Shown here: one piece after another, positions 1 through 10,036 of the stretch
Numbering within the stretch: the first letter of the stretch is position 1
Layout: every line of letters begins with the position of its first letter
Assembly (NCBI GenBank): GCA_035316145.1
Contig: DATHJO010000015.1
Span: forward strand, 9,272 to 73,271
Direction: 5' to 3'
Origin: Allosphingosinicella sp.
GTDB lineage: Bacteria > Pseudomonadota > Alphaproteobacteria > Sphingomonadales > Sphingomonadaceae
Length of the DNA: 64,000 bases
Notes under the pieces: model-generated
Seen by the model: only the letters and a program-made list of their open reading frames with translations
Databases searched by the model: none
What the model was told of the DNA's origin: nothing
Translations under genes and position numbers: made by a program

Positions 1-1116
1 CGCGCCCTCTTGTCTGCCGGCCTCGATGTAGGAAAGGACGCGCTCGTGCTGCTCGGTCGAGACCAACGGCCCCATCATCGTGTCGGCGGCGAGGCTGGGG
101 CCGACCTTCCACTGGGCGGCATTGGCGGCCACGGCCTCGAGCAGCTCGTCGAAAATGTCCCGGTGCGCGAACAGCCGCGAGCCGGCGATGCAGACCTGGC
201 CCGAATTGGCGAAGATCGCGGTCGCCGCGCCCTGCGCGGTCTTGCCGATGTCGACGTCGGGCAAGACGATGACCGGCGACTTGCCGCCAAGCTCGAGGGT
301 GACCCGCTTCAGCGTGTCGGTCGCGTTCTTGTTGATGATCTTGCCGACCTCGGTCGAGCCGGTGAAGGCGATCTTGTCGACGTCCGGCGAGCGGACCATG
401 CGGTCGCCGGCGGTCTCGCCCAGGCCGGTGACGAGGTTGAACACGCCCGCGGGAACGCCCGCCTCGGCGACGAGGTCCGCGAGCCGGAGCGCGGTGAGCG
501 GCGTCTGCTCGGCGGGCTTGAGGATGACGGTGCAGCCCGCGGCCAATGCCGGCGCGATCTTCTGGACCGCCATCATCAGCGGGAAGTTCCACGGCACGAT
601 CTGGGCGCACACGCCGATCGGCTCGCGCCGGACATAGGCGTGGAACGCACCCGCCGGGGCGTTGGACGGCTCGACATGGTCGCCGGTGAGCTTCGTCGCC
701 ATGCCCGCCATGTAGCGCAGCATCCGCACCGAGAAGGGGAGGTCCATGCCGAGGCTGGCGGCCCTGGGCTTGCCGTTGTCGACCGATTCGAGCTCGGCCA
801 GCTCGTCCGTCGCCGCTTCGATCAAATCGGCGAGCTTCATCAGGATCCGCTCGCGCTTGTAGGAAGGCAGGCCGCTCCAGCGGCCGTCGTCGAACGCGGT
901 CCGCGCCGCCGCCACCGCCCGGTCGACATCGGCGTCCGAGGCGTCGACGATCCGGGCGATCTCGCGCCCGGTCGAGGGGTCGTAGACGGCAATCGTCTTG
1001 CCGCCGGTCGAATCGACCCAGGCGCCGTCGATGAACAATTGCGGCTTGCGCTTGAGCAGCGCCGCGATCGTCTCGCTGTAAGCGGGCTGGGCGGAAATGC
1101 GGGTCATCTCGTTCAT
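1..1116 (-). CDS. NAD(P)-dependent aldehyde dehydrogenase (N-terminal 372 codons; 3' end beyond window start)
   Basis: Not in the ORF track because it has no stop inside the window. My minus-strand translation from ATG 1116 reads MNEMTRISAQ...VPWNFPLMM...TLELGGKSP...FANSGQVCIAGSR (ALDH Glu and Cys active-site motifs). The listed + ORF 10..1146 is its antisense shadow. Confidence 0.85.
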   Translation of the reverse strand, partial: MNEMTRISAQPAYSETIAALLKRKPQLFIDGAWVDSTGGKTIAVYDPSTGREIARIVDASDADVDRAVAAARTAFDDGRWSGLPSYKRERILMKLADLIEAATDELAELESVDNGKPRAASLGMDLPFSVRMLRYMAGMATKLTGDHVEPSNAPAGAFHAYVRREPIGVCAQIVPWNFPLMMAVQKIAPALAAGCTVILKPAEQTPLTALRLADLVAEAGVPAGVFNLVTGLGETAGDRMVRSPDVDKIAFTGSTEVGKIINKNATDTLKRVTLELGGKSPVIVLPDVDIGKTAQGAATAIFANSGQVCIAGSRLFAHRDIFDELLEAVAANAAQWKVGPSLAADTMMGPLVSTEQHERVLSYIEAGRQEGA

Positions 1117-1150
1117 TGGGCCGAGTCTCCTTTGCGCCCGTTATAGCGCC

Positions 1151-1810
1151 TCAGACGAGCAGAGTCCGCGCCTTCTCGACGAGCGCCTCCGGGTCTTCCG
1201 GGCGGGGCGGCACGGCGAGCCCGCGCTGCACCGCCGGCCGCGCGGCGATCGCGTCCAGCCAGCGCTGAAGGCTGCCGAGGCCGTCGATCGAAACCCCCGG
1301 CCATTCGTGGATCCGCGCCCAGCAGAAATTGGCGATGTCGGCGATCGAATAGGCGCCGGCGAGATATTCGTTGTCCGCGAGCCGGCCGTCGAGCACCTCG
1401 AGCAGCCGCCGGCTTTCGCGCCGGTAGCGCTCGATCGCCGGCGGGATCACCTCGGGAAAGTAGCGCGCGAAGACGTTGGCCTGGCCCATCATCGGCCCCA
1501 GCCCGCCCATCTGGAACATCAGCCATTGCACGACCCGGCTGCGGCCTTTCTCGTCGGCCGGGATCAGCTTGCCCGCTTTCTCGGCGAGATAGAGCATGAT
1601 CGCGCCCGATTCGAACACCGGGAAGTCGCCATCAGCTCGGTCGACGATCGCCGGGATCCGGCCATTGGGGTTGATCGCGGTGAACCAGGGCTCCTTCTGC
1701 GCGCCGCTCGACAGGTCGATCGCGTGGAGGGCGTAGGGAAGCTCCAGCTCCTCGAGCAGAATCGAGACCTTGTAGCCGTTGGGGGTCGGCGACGAGTAGA
1801 GATCGATCAT
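1151..1810 (-). CDS. Glutathione S-transferase family protein (YfcG/Nu-class-like)
   Basis: [22 protein letters not shown]...[11 protein letters not shown]...[13 protein letters not shown] is a typical GST N-domain. Start moved to internal ATG (residue 10), which has a GGGGGAGG SD 8 nt upstream. Confidence 0.85.
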   Translation of the reverse strand: MIDLYSSPTPNGYKVSILLEELELPYALHAIDLSSGAQKEPWFTAINPNGRIPAIVDRADGDFPVFESGAIMLYLAEKAGKLIPADEKGRSRVVQWLMFQMGGLGPMMGQANVFARYFPEVIPPAIERYRRESRRLLEVLDGRLADNEYLAGAYSIADIANFCWARIHEWPGVSIDGLGSLQRWLDAIAARPAVQRGLAVPPRPEDPEALVEKARTLLV

Positions 1811-2000
1811 CGGGCGGGCCTCCCCCCAAATCGTCATGCTGAACTTGATTCAGCATCCATGAACACGGCTTGCGTGTGCTCGCTCAAGTCGGTGTTCATG
1901 GGTCCCGGATCAAGTCCGGGATGGCGTTGGCGGTTGGCCTCAGCCGAGAATCAATTGACCCATCGAATGCGCCCCGCGCATTCGAGGCTGATCCGGGAGA

Positions 2001-2282
2001 TCAGCCAAGGGTCAATTCGCAGCCGAAATTGAGGCCGAGGCGGCCGTCGCGGATCCAGCGGACGAAGGCGTAGATCGGGCTGCAGCCCTCGAAGCGGATC
2101 ATGACGCTCTCGCCGAGCCGCGGCTCCAGCGCGCTTTCGACCATCGTCCCGCGGCTGGAGATGTTGACCACCGGCACCGGATATTCGGCGCCGCGGAAGG
2201 TGAGGGTGGCGCGCCCGACCAGGCCTTCGTAGCGCGGCTCCGAGCGCTGCTCGACGAGGACCGGCTTTGCCTGTGTCGCCAT
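2001..2282 (-). CDS. PilZ domain protein
   Basis: 93 aa with RSEPR...NISSRG (RxxxR / D-x-S-x-x-G type PilZ signature) and high GC3. Confidence 0.7.
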   Translation of the reverse strand: MATQAKPVLVEQRSEPRYEGLVGRATLTFRGAEYPVPVVNISSRGTMVESALEPRLGESVMIRFEGCSPIYAFVRWIRDGRLGLNFGCELTLG

Positions 2283-2357
2283 GTCTGCCTCCCCATCGAG
2301 GAGACTGACAGACAGACCTTACCGAAACGCTACCGCCGCGCCGGGGTTCACCGATAG

Positions 2358-2463
2358 CTCCCTCTCCCTTGGGGAGAGGGATGGGGTGAGGGGCCTCGGT
2401 AGCGGAGAATTGTCCCCGACGCCGAACACCCTCACCCTAACCCTCCCCCTGAGGGGGAGGGAA
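2358..2463. repeat. Composite palindromic intergenic element (copy R1)
   Basis: Three nested stems: hairpin CCCTCTCC-n-GGAGAGGG, long-range stem GGGGTGAGGG...CCCTCACCC, and hairpin CCCTCCCCC-tga-GGGGGAGGG. Confidence 0.85.
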
Positions 2464-2464
2464 T

Positions 2465-5400
2465 TTAGTCCTCGTCCCGGCCGACGGTCACCGCCGGCGT
2501 GCCGGCGCCGCCGTCCTGCTCCCAGAAATAAGGCTGGCGCACCCGGTTGCCGGTGACCGTCTCGTTCAATGTCGCGGCGTCGTAGAGGCGGCCGTTCAGC
2601 ATCACCTGGTGGATATGGTCGGTGTTGCGGATGTCCTGGGTCGGGTCGGCGTCGAGGATGACGAGGTCGGCGAGCTTGCCGGGCTCGAGGGTGCCGATGT
2701 CGGTGAAGCCGTACATCCGCGCCCCGTCGACGGTGCCGTGGCGCAGCGCCTCGATCGGCGAGGCGCCGCCGCGGACATGGCTCCACAGCTCCCAATGGTC
2801 GCCGATGCCGGGCTGCTGGCCGTGGCCGCCGATCGCGATCCGGACGCCGCGCTGGGACAGCAAATGCGATTCCGCGGCGCTGTACTGGTCGACGAACTGG
2901 TCGGCCGGGGCGGTGACCGCGCGCACCCGCGCCGCGAGCTCGGCGGGCGGGGTGTGGCGGGTCAGCAAAGGATGGTTCCAGACCTGGGTCGCCTGCGTCC
3001 AATAGGGATCGCCGGCGAGCCCGCCATAAGAGACGATCAGGGTCGGGTTGTTGCCGACCTGGGTCTGCGACCACAGGCTCAGCACGTCCTCGTAGAAGCG
3101 GCGCTGCGGGATGTTGTGCTCGAGCGTCGAATTGCCGTCCTGGATGAGGGTGATGTCCATCTGGAACAGCGAGCCGCCCTCGGGCACGACGAGAATGTTC
3201 TCGGCGCGCGCGGCGGCGGCGACCTGCTGGCGCTGGTTGCGGCGCGGCTGGTTGTAATTCTTGATCGAATAGGCGCCTTGCAGCCGCAGCCGGCGGACGT
3301 GGGCGAGCGCGTCCGCGTAATTCTCGACCAAGGCGAAGCGGCTCGGGCTGCGGGCGCCGTAGACGATCTCGCCGGAGGAGAAGGTGCGCGGCGCGATCAG
3401 GATGCCGGCGCGCTGCATCTCGGACGCGACGAAGATCTCGCTCGCCGTGCTCGACGGGTCGTGGACGGTGGTCACGCCCATCGCGAGGTGCGACATCGCC
3501 GACCAGTTCTGCTGCGGAATGAGGTCGTCCTCGCCCTGCGAGCCGTGGGCGTGGCCGTCGATCAGGCCGGGGATGATGGTCTTGCCGGTGACGTCGACCT
3601 GGCGCGCGCCGGCGGGGATCGTCACCGAACCGCGCGGCCCGACCGCGCGGATCCGGTTGCCGTCGATCAGGATCACGCCGTCGTCGATGATGCCGCCGGC
3701 GTCGTTGGCCATGGTGACGATCCGGGCGCCGACCAGGGCGACCTGGCCCTGCGGCACGTCGGCCGGCACGGTCATCGACAGCGAGGTGCCGCTGGTCGGC
3801 GGGCTGTAGGCGGTGCCGCCGGGGGCATTGCGGATCATGTCGGAGACGGCGGCGGTGTAGAGAATCGGCCCCAGGCTCCAGGCGATCCGGCCGTTGGTGG
3901 TCCAGGTCGGATAGGTGCCGCCGTTGGTCGTGACGCGGGTCAGCGGCAGCCCGGTGCCGCGGGCGCTGATTTCGAGCGGATGGACGCCGCCGTAAAAGGG
4001 CGTCGCGAACAGGTTGTAATCTTCGCGGAACAGGAGCGTGCGGCCGTCCGGCGCGAGCTCATATTCGGTGACCATCTCGCCCGAGGCGTGCTCGCGGCGG
4101 TTGCCGCCGGTCAGATCGACGCTGATCAGCTTCTGCTTCTGCTGCTCGCTGACCTCGGCGAAGACGCGGCTCCCGTCCGCGCCGAACTGGGGGTTGCCGC
4201 CCTCGGCGAGGATCCGGGTCGAGGGGCCGCCGGCGGAGGGCACGCGGAAGATGCCGGTCGCGTCCGACCAGCGGTTCGAGGTCAGGCCCTGGCTGCCGCT
4301 CGCTTCGTAGACGATCATCGAGCCGTCGGGCGAGAAGCGCGGGCGGCGGTAATGGCCCGGCTGCTGGGTGACCGTGCGCAGGTTCGAGCCGTCCGCGGCG
4401 ACGGTGCGGATTTCGCCGAGGCGCTGGTCGTTCCACGAGACGAAGGCGAGCCTCGAGCCGTCGCGCGACCAGGTCGGGAACAGCTGGAAGTCGCCGTCCC
4501 GGGCGGTCAGGAGGCGCGGCGCGCCCGACCCGGCGAGGTCGCGGATGTAGAGCCGGCCGAGCGTTTCGAACACGACCCGGCTGCCGTCCGGCGAGACCGC
4601 GGCGAAGCGCGGCATGCGGGTGGTGATCGTGGGAGGCGCGGCCTCGACCTGCGGCCGCGGCGGGTCGATCACGACGCGGGTGTCGCTGACCTGGAACGGG
4701 ATCTCGGCGGCGCCCGAGCCGTCGCGATCGACCCGACGGATCTTGCCGCCGGCCCAGAAGACGATGCTGTTGCTGTCGGGCGTCCAGGCCATGTCCGGAT
4801 AGACGCCGTGCACCGCCCAGGTCTCCTGGAGGTCCTGGTCGAGGTCGGCATAGACCTGGCGCGCCTCGCCCGAACGCAGGTCGCGGACGAACAGGCGGGA
4901 GTGGCCGCCGGTGCGGTGGACGTAGGCGAGATAATGGCCGTCCGGCGAAGGCGTCGGCCGGACCGCGCCGCCGGGGCCGCCGGCGACCTGGCTGCGTTCG
5001 CCCGTCGCCATGTCGTAGCGCTCGATCGCGAACACCTGCTGGTTGGAATCCTGGGCATATTCGAAAATGTCGCCAGAGGTGGTGTTGCGGCTGAAGAAGA
5101 TCGCCTGGCCGTCGGCGGAGAAAGCGGGCTCGCCCAATTCCTTCTGGAAGCGCGGGTTGGGCCGCTCGATCAGCGGCACGCCGTCGCCGACGCCCGAGAC
5201 ATGGTAGAGCCAGATCTCGCCGGTGCCGAGGCTGCGCTGGGTGGTGAAATGCTTGCGCGCGGCGATATACTGGCCGTCGCGGCTCCAGGTCGGCGCGTTC
5301 AGCAGGCGGAAGCTCTCGCGGGTGATCGCCCGCGCCCCCGATCCGTCCGCGTTCATCACCCAGATATTGTCGCCGCCGCCGCGGTCCGAGGTGAAGGCGA

Positions 5401-5710
5401 TCAACCGGCCGTCGGGCGAGAAGCGCGGCTGCATGTCGAAGGCGAGGCCCGAGCTGATCCGGGTCGGCGTCCCGCCCGCGATCGGCATCGTATAGATGTC
5501 GCCGAGCAGGTCGAAGGCGATCGTCCGCCCGTCCGGGCTGACGTCGACGTTCATCCAGGTGCCCTCGCTGACGTTGATCGGCACCTGCCTGAGGCGCGCG
5601 CCCGGCGGCGCGTTGACGTCCCAGGCATTGGCGTCACGCGCCGGCCGCGCTTGCGCGAGCGCGGTGGTCGAGACGAGCAGAAGCGAAAGCGCGGCGAAGC
5701 TGCGGATCAT
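2465..5710 (-). CDS. Secreted TolB-like beta-propeller / amidohydrolase fusion protein
   Basis: 1081 aa. Signal peptide MIRSFAALSLLLVSTTALAQ, repeated SPDG/SRDG propeller motifs, and a C-terminal metal-dependent amidohydrolase region (IPGLIDGHAHG...). Confidence 0.85.
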   Translation of the reverse strand: MIRSFAALSLLLVSTTALAQARPARDANAWDVNAPPGARLRQVPINVSEGTWMNVDVSPDGRTIAFDLLGDIYTMPIAGGTPTRISSGLAFDMQPRFSPDGRLIAFTSDRGGGDNIWVMNADGSGARAITRESFRLLNAPTWSRDGQYIAARKHFTTQRSLGTGEIWLYHVSGVGDGVPLIERPNPRFQKELGEPAFSADGQAIFFSRNTTSGDIFEYAQDSNQQVFAIERYDMATGERSQVAGGPGGAVRPTPSPDGHYLAYVHRTGGHSRLFVRDLRSGEARQVYADLDQDLQETWAVHGVYPDMAWTPDSNSIVFWAGGKIRRVDRDGSGAAEIPFQVSDTRVVIDPPRPQVEAAPPTITTRMPRFAAVSPDGSRVVFETLGRLYIRDLAGSGAPRLLTARDGDFQLFPTWSRDGSRLAFVSWNDQRLGEIRTVAADGSNLRTVTQQPGHYRRPRFSPDGSMIVYEASGSQGLTSNRWSDATGIFRVPSAGGPSTRILAEGGNPQFGADGSRVFAEVSEQQKQKLISVDLTGGNRREHASGEMVTEYELAPDGRTLLFREDYNLFATPFYGGVHPLEISARGTGLPLTRVTTNGGTYPTWTTNGRIAWSLGPILYTAAVSDMIRNAPGGTAYSPPTSGTSLSMTVPADVPQGQVALVGARIVTMANDAGGIIDDGVILIDGNRIRAVGPRGSVTIPAGARQVDVTGKTIIPGLIDGHAHGSQGEDDLIPQQNWSAMSHLAMGVTTVHDPSSTASEIFVASEMQRAGILIAPRTFSSGEIVYGARSPSRFALVENYADALAHVRRLRLQGAYSIKNYNQPRRNQRQQVAAAARAENILVVPEGGSLFQMDITLIQDGNSTLEHNIPQRRFYEDVLSLWSQTQVGNNPTLIVSYGGLAGDPYWTQATQVWNHPLLTRHTPPAELAARVRAVTAPADQFVDQYSAAESHLLSQRGVRIAIGGHGQQPGIGDHWELWSHVRGGASPIEALRHGTVDGARMYGFTDIGTLEPGKLADLVILDADPTQDIRNTDHIHQVMLNGRLYDAATLNETVTGNRVRQPYFWEQDGGAGTPAVTVGRDED

Positions 5711-5788
5711 GTGCAGTTACCCCTTGAAGACGATGCTGGCGAGCCCGGCGCGGTGGTGCACGATAAAGGCAATACGGGCAAGCGGCCG

Positions 5789-6133
5789 CTAACGCGCAGC
5801 CCGCGCGCGCGCCACCATCTGCGCGATCCCCTGCCGGTAGTGCTGGCGCTGGGCGGCGAGCAGGCGCGGCGCGTTCGCCGGCCCGTAGATCCGCCCCACC
5901 TCGGCGCGGATCGGCGCCTCGCGCGCGGCGCAGGCGGCGAGCGCGCGCTCGACGATCTGCGCCACGCTCATCGGCGTGCGCGCATAGCGCAGCACCGCCC
6001 GGCCATGGCATTGCGCCAGCGCCTGGCCCAACGCCGCGACATGCTGGCGCTGCCGCTCGGTGAGCCGCGGCTGCTGCGCGAGCGCGGCGGTCGCGAAGAG
6101 GATAAAGGAAAGGGCGAGGGAGCTGCGGATCAT
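5789..6133 (-). CDS. Hypothetical secreted protein
   Basis: 114 aa with signal peptide MIRSSLALSFILFATAALAQ and high GC3. No recognisable domain. Confidence 0.55.
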   Translation of the reverse strand: MIRSSLALSFILFATAALAQQPRLTERQRQHVAALGQALAQCHGRAVLRYARTPMSVAQIVERALAACAAREAPIRAEVGRIYGPANAPRLLAAQRQHYRQGIAQMVARARAAR

Positions 6134-6229
6134 GTGCGAAACCTGGCAAGATCGATCGGAAAGGTCGGACGGTGCGCGAGCCAGGCAAACAGGTCAAGCG
6201 GCGGACACGTGAGATAAGCATGCATTTAC

Positions 6230-6257
6230 TTGACCCCGCGCCGCCGTCCATTATAAT
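6230..6257 (+). promoter_or_regulatory. Sigma-70-type promoter of the toxin-antitoxin pair (probably leaderless transcript)
   Basis: TTGACC, 16-nt spacer, TATAAT. The -10 ends 6 nt before the GTG start at 6264. Confidence 0.55.
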
Positions 6258-6263
6258 TGACGC

Positions 6264-6557
6264 GTGATTCAAGTCCGGGAAGCGCCCGAGTTCACGCAGT
6301 GGCTCTCGAGTCTCGCGGACGGGGCGGCGCACAAGCGGATCACCAACAGGATCACCCGCGTGCAGGCGGGATTGTTTGGCGATGCGAAGCCGGTCGGCGG
6401 CAAGATATTCGAGCTGCGGGTGGACCACGGTCCGGGCTACCGGATCTATTTCGCGCGCCGCGGCCCGTTTGTGGTGATCCTGCTGTGTGGCGGCGCGAAG
6501 GGCTCTCAGCGGCGGGACATCGAACGGGCCAGGCAGATTGCAGAGAGGACGATATGA
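6264..6557 (+). CDS. Type II toxin, RelE/ParE superfamily (addiction-module killer, HigB-like)
   Basis: 97 aa: FTQWL...KRITNRITRVQAGLFGDAKPVGGKIFELRVDHGPGYRIYF matches the putative addiction module killer family. Its stop overlaps the antitoxin start (ATGA). Confidence 0.8.
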   Translation: MIQVREAPEFTQWLSSLADGAAHKRITNRITRVQAGLFGDAKPVGGKIFELRVDHGPGYRIYFARRGPFVVILLCGGAKGSQRRDIERARQIAERTI

Positions 6558-6865
6558 CCGAAGAGGAATATGCCCGGATGATGAAGGCGACCACTCGCTT
6601 CGATGGCGCCGAATATCTGGACGACGATGAATCGCAGTCCGAGCTTCTGTCCGACGCGCTCGCTACCGGCGACCTCGACGTGATCACCGCGGCGCTCGGT
6701 ATTGTCGCCCGCGCACGCGGCATGACCGAGCTGGCACAGAAAACCGGTCTCACCCGGAGTGCCCTTTATGCCGCGCTCAAGGAAGGCGGCAATCCGACGC
6801 TCGACACGGTCCTCAAGGTCGTCAAAGCGCTAGGTGTTCAGCTGAAGGCGAACCGCGCCGCCTGA
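6554..6865 (+). CDS. Antitoxin, HigA-family HTH (addiction-module antidote)
   Basis: ATG at 6554 in the frame of listed ORF 6257..6865. C-terminal HTH GMTELAQKTGLTRSALYAALKEGGNPTLDTVLKVVKALG. Confidence 0.8.
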   Translation: MTEEEYARMMKATTRFDGAEYLDDDESQSELLSDALATGDLDVITAALGIVARARGMTELAQKTGLTRSALYAALKEGGNPTLDTVLKVVKALGVQLKANRAA

Positions 6866-6867
6866 GG

Positions 6868-8934
6868 CTAATCCTCGAGCGCCTGCTTCAATTCCTCCGA
6901 CCAAGGTGCCGCATTGCCGTCGCTCGGGGCGCGCCAGTCGCCGCGGGGCGAGAGGGCGCCGCCGCCCGAGACCTTGGGGGCGTTGGGCAGGGCGCTGCGC
7001 TTGTACTGGCTCAATTGGAAGAAGCGGAACAGGAAGACCTCCAGCCATTTGCGGATCGTGGCGAGGTCGTATTCGCGCTTGAGCGCCTCGGGGTAGTCGA
7101 GCGGCCAGAGCCCCGCCTTGGCGTCCTTCCACGCCTGCCAGGCGAGGAAGGCGACTTTGGAGGGCGGCTGGCCGTGGCGTAAAATGTGGTAGAGGAAGAA
7201 ATCGTGCAGCTCGTAGGGGCCGATCCGCTCCTCGGTCGACTGCATCCCGCTCCCGGCGTCCGCGGGGACCAGCTCGGGCGAGATTTTGGTGTCGAGGATC
7301 GCCTGGAGCACGCGGTTCGCCGGTTCCTCGAACTGGCCCGATCTGATCGCCCAGCGGATCAGATACTGGATCAGCGTCTTGGGAACGCCGGCATTGACGT
7401 TGTAATGGCTCATCTGGTCGCCGACGCCGTAGGTCGACCAGCCCAAGGCGATCTCGCTCAAATCGCCGGTGCCGACGACGAAGCCGCCGCGCTGGTTGGC
7501 GAGGCGGAACAGATAATCGGTCCTTAAGCCCGCCTGGACGTTCTCGAAGGTGACGTCGTAGACCGGCTCGCCCTTGGCGAACGGGTGGCCGAGGTCGGCG
7601 AGCATCTGGTTCGCCGCCGGGCGGATGTCGATCTCCTCGCCGACGATGCCGAGCGCGTTCATCAGCGACCAGGCATTGCCCTTGGTCTCCGCGCCGGTGG
7701 CGAAGCCGGGCATGGTGAAGCCCAATATCGTCGAGCGCGGCAGCTCGAGATCGTCGCAGGCGCGGGCGGCGACGATCAAGGCGTGGGTCGAATCGAGCCC
7801 GCCCGAGACGCCGATGACGAGATGCTTGCCTTGGGTCGCCTCGAAGCGGCGCCGCAGCCCCTGGACCTGGATGTTGAACGCCTCGTAGCAATCCTGATCG
7901 AGCTGCTCGGGCCGGTTGGGGACATAAGGGAAGCGGCGCAATTTCCGCTCGAAGCCGATGTCGGCAAGCTGGGGCCCATGTTCGAAACCGATCCGGCGGA
8001 AGCGGGTCTCGGGATGGCCGGCGGCGCGGGCATTGTCGTTGAACGTGCCGTTGCGCATCCGCTCGAGCCGGAGGCGCTGGACGTCGATATCGGCGACCGC
8101 GAGCTCCGAGCCCCAGTCGAACCGCCCGGTCTCGGCAAGCAATTCGCCGAGCTCGTAGATCGAGCCCTGGCCGTCCCAGGCGAGGTCGGTGGTGCTCTCG
8201 CCCGGCCCGGAGGCGGAGAAGACGTAGCCGGCGATGCAGCGGCTGGCCTGGCTCGCGCAGAGCAATTTGCGCTCGTCCGCCTTGCCGATCGTGATGTTCG
8301 AGGCCGAGAGGTTGGTGAGGATGAGGGCGCCGGCCATCGCGCCCGCGGTCGAGGGCGGCTGCGGCGCCCAATAATCCTCGCAAATCTCGATGTGGAAGAT
8401 GAAGTCGCCAAGGTCGTCGGCGGCGAAGATGAGGTCCGGGCCGAACGGGACGCCCTGCCCCGCGACCTCCATCTTGAGCCCGTCGAGCCCGACCCCCGAG
8501 GCGAACCAGCGCTTCTCGTAATATTCGCGGTAATTGGGGAGGAAGCTCTTCGGCACGGCCCCCAGGATGCGGCCGCGGGCGATGGCGAGGCCGCAATTGT
8601 AGAGCCGGCCGTTGCGCCTGAGCGGCGCGCCGACGACGAGCACGGTCTTCAGCTTCGCGCTTTCCTTGGCGAGCCGGCCGATCCCGGCCTCGACGGCGTC
8701 GAGAAAGGCGTCCTGGAGCAGCAAGTCGTCGATCGCGTAGGAGGAGAGGTTGAGTTCGGGGAAGACGGCGAGGTCGACGCCCTTCCTGTCGGCCTCCTTC
8801 GCCAGCTTCAGCGTCTCGGCGACGTTGAAGGCGACGTCGCCGGTCGAGGCGCGCGGGCTCGCCGCCGCGACGCGAACGAAGCCGTGGCGATGGATCGCGC
8901 CGAACGGGGGCTTCTCAATCTTCTTCTTCGCCAC
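6868..8934 (-). CDS. nadE: Glutamine-dependent NAD+ synthetase (large ~690-aa form)
   Basis: 688 aa. N-terminal nitrilase/CN-hydrolase domain (VFPELNLSSY) followed by a synthetase domain with the SGGLDS PP-loop. Confidence 0.9.
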   Translation of the reverse strand: MAKKKIEKPPFGAIHRHGFVRVAAASPRASTGDVAFNVAETLKLAKEADRKGVDLAVFPELNLSSYAIDDLLLQDAFLDAVEAGIGRLAKESAKLKTVLVVGAPLRRNGRLYNCGLAIARGRILGAVPKSFLPNYREYYEKRWFASGVGLDGLKMEVAGQGVPFGPDLIFAADDLGDFIFHIEICEDYWAPQPPSTAGAMAGALILTNLSASNITIGKADERKLLCASQASRCIAGYVFSASGPGESTTDLAWDGQGSIYELGELLAETGRFDWGSELAVADIDVQRLRLERMRNGTFNDNARAAGHPETRFRRIGFEHGPQLADIGFERKLRRFPYVPNRPEQLDQDCYEAFNIQVQGLRRRFEATQGKHLVIGVSGGLDSTHALIVAARACDDLELPRSTILGFTMPGFATGAETKGNAWSLMNALGIVGEEIDIRPAANQMLADLGHPFAKGEPVYDVTFENVQAGLRTDYLFRLANQRGGFVVGTGDLSEIALGWSTYGVGDQMSHYNVNAGVPKTLIQYLIRWAIRSGQFEEPANRVLQAILDTKISPELVPADAGSGMQSTEERIGPYELHDFFLYHILRHGQPPSKVAFLAWQAWKDAKAGLWPLDYPEALKREYDLATIRKWLEVFLFRFFQLSQYKRSALPNAPKVSGGGALSPRGDWRAPSDGNAAPWSEELKQALED

Positions 8935-9435
8935 CTAGAGCATCTCCGTCATCATCTCGACCGCCACCTCCAGCGCCGCGATCCGGACCTCGCCGCGGCC
9001 GATGCCGCCGAAATGTTCCTCGCGGTGGGCGGTTATACGGCCCGAACGCGCACAAGCGAAGTGGACGAGGCCGGGCTCGTCTCCGGCGTCGGCGAAACCC
9101 GTGATCGAAAGCGCGATATTGGCCCCCGACCGGGCGAGCGCGCCCTCCGCCATCGCCACCGCCACCTCCTTCGAGACCGCGCCTTTATCGTCGATCAGGC
9201 CCGCGGGCACGCCCAGCATCTCGGTCTTCGCCTCGGCGCTGTAGGTGACGAAGCCGCGGTCGAAGGCGTGGGCGACGCCCGGAACGTCGGTGAGCAGCGA
9301 GGCGAGCATGCCGCCGGTGCAGCTCTCCGCCGTCGCCAGCTTGAGGTCGCGCTCGCTGGCCTTGGCGAGCAGCCGCCGCGTCGCCTCCTCGAGGCGGCTC
9401 GGCAGCACCGGCGAAAGAGTGTCGGCCTCGTTCAC
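8935..9435 (-). CDS. pncC: CinA C-terminal domain / nicotinamide-nucleotide amidohydrolase
   Basis: 166 aa: ATAESCTGGMLASLLTDVPG...TGFAD is the CinA/PncC signature. Directly abuts nadE. Confidence 0.75.
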   Translation of the reverse strand: MNEADTLSPVLPSRLEEATRRLLAKASERDLKLATAESCTGGMLASLLTDVPGVAHAFDRGFVTYSAEAKTEMLGVPAGLIDDKGAVSKEVAVAMAEGALARSGANIALSITGFADAGDEPGLVHFACARSGRITAHREEHFGGIGRGEVRIAALEVAVEMMTEML

Positions 9436-9518
9436 GCCAATCGTCCTAACCTCGGGCAGGAGCGGGAACCGGCCCCATGCTCCGATTGTTCCGAAGCCGC
9501 AATCCAGGAGAAACCCAC

Positions 9519-10034
9519 ATGATCGCCGAACAACAGAATATGGATGGACTTCAACTTCTTGCCGCCGACCACCGCAAGGTCGAGGGGCTGTTCGAAAGCT
9601 TCGAGAAAGCGACCGGGACCGCGGCCAAGGAGAAGCTCGTCCGGCAGATCTGCACCGAGCTCAAGATCCACTCGATGATCGAGGAGGAAATCTATTATCC
9701 CGCGATCCGCGGCAAGGTCGAAGGGGATGCGCTCGACGAGGCCTATGTCGAGCATGACAGCGCCAAGCTGCTGATCAACGAGCTCGAGGCGGCCGAGCCC
9801 GACGAAAGCTATTACGACGCCAAGGTGAAGGTCCTCTCCGAGCTGATCGAGCATCACGTCAAGGAGGAGGAGAAGCAGCGCGACAATTTGTTCCAGCAGA
9901 CCCGCGCCGCCGATATCGACCTGATCGCGCTCGGCGCCCGGCTCGCCGCGCGCAAGCAGGAGCTGCTGGCGAAGGCGGAGCGCGAGGGCCTGCCGCCGGC
10001 CGCGCCCGCCACCCTGCAGCACGAAGCGATCTGA
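9519..10034 (+). CDS. Hemerythrin (HHE cation-binding) domain protein
   Basis: LLAADHRKVEGLF...HSMIEEEIYYP...EHHVKEEE. Start set at the ATG preceded by AGGAGA. Confidence 0.75.
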   Translation: MIAEQQNMDGLQLLAADHRKVEGLFESFEKATGTAAKEKLVRQICTELKIHSMIEEEIYYPAIRGKVEGDALDEAYVEHDSAKLLINELEAAEPDESYYDAKVKVLSELIEHHVKEEEKQRDNLFQQTRAADIDLIALGARLAARKQELLAKAEREGLPPAAPATLQHEAI

Positions 10035-10036
10035 AT

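Noticed and set aside
2609-6217. 1202-aa + strand ORF (also 56650..60009 +, 11160..13859 +, 23891..25816 -, 17598..19583 -, 21397..23562 -, 7585..9522 + and many others)
   Set aside because: They are Arg/Gly/Ala/Asp-rich with no recognisable motifs. Each lies antisense or out-of-frame to a gene with clear family signatures. These are typical shadow ORFs of high-GC DNA.
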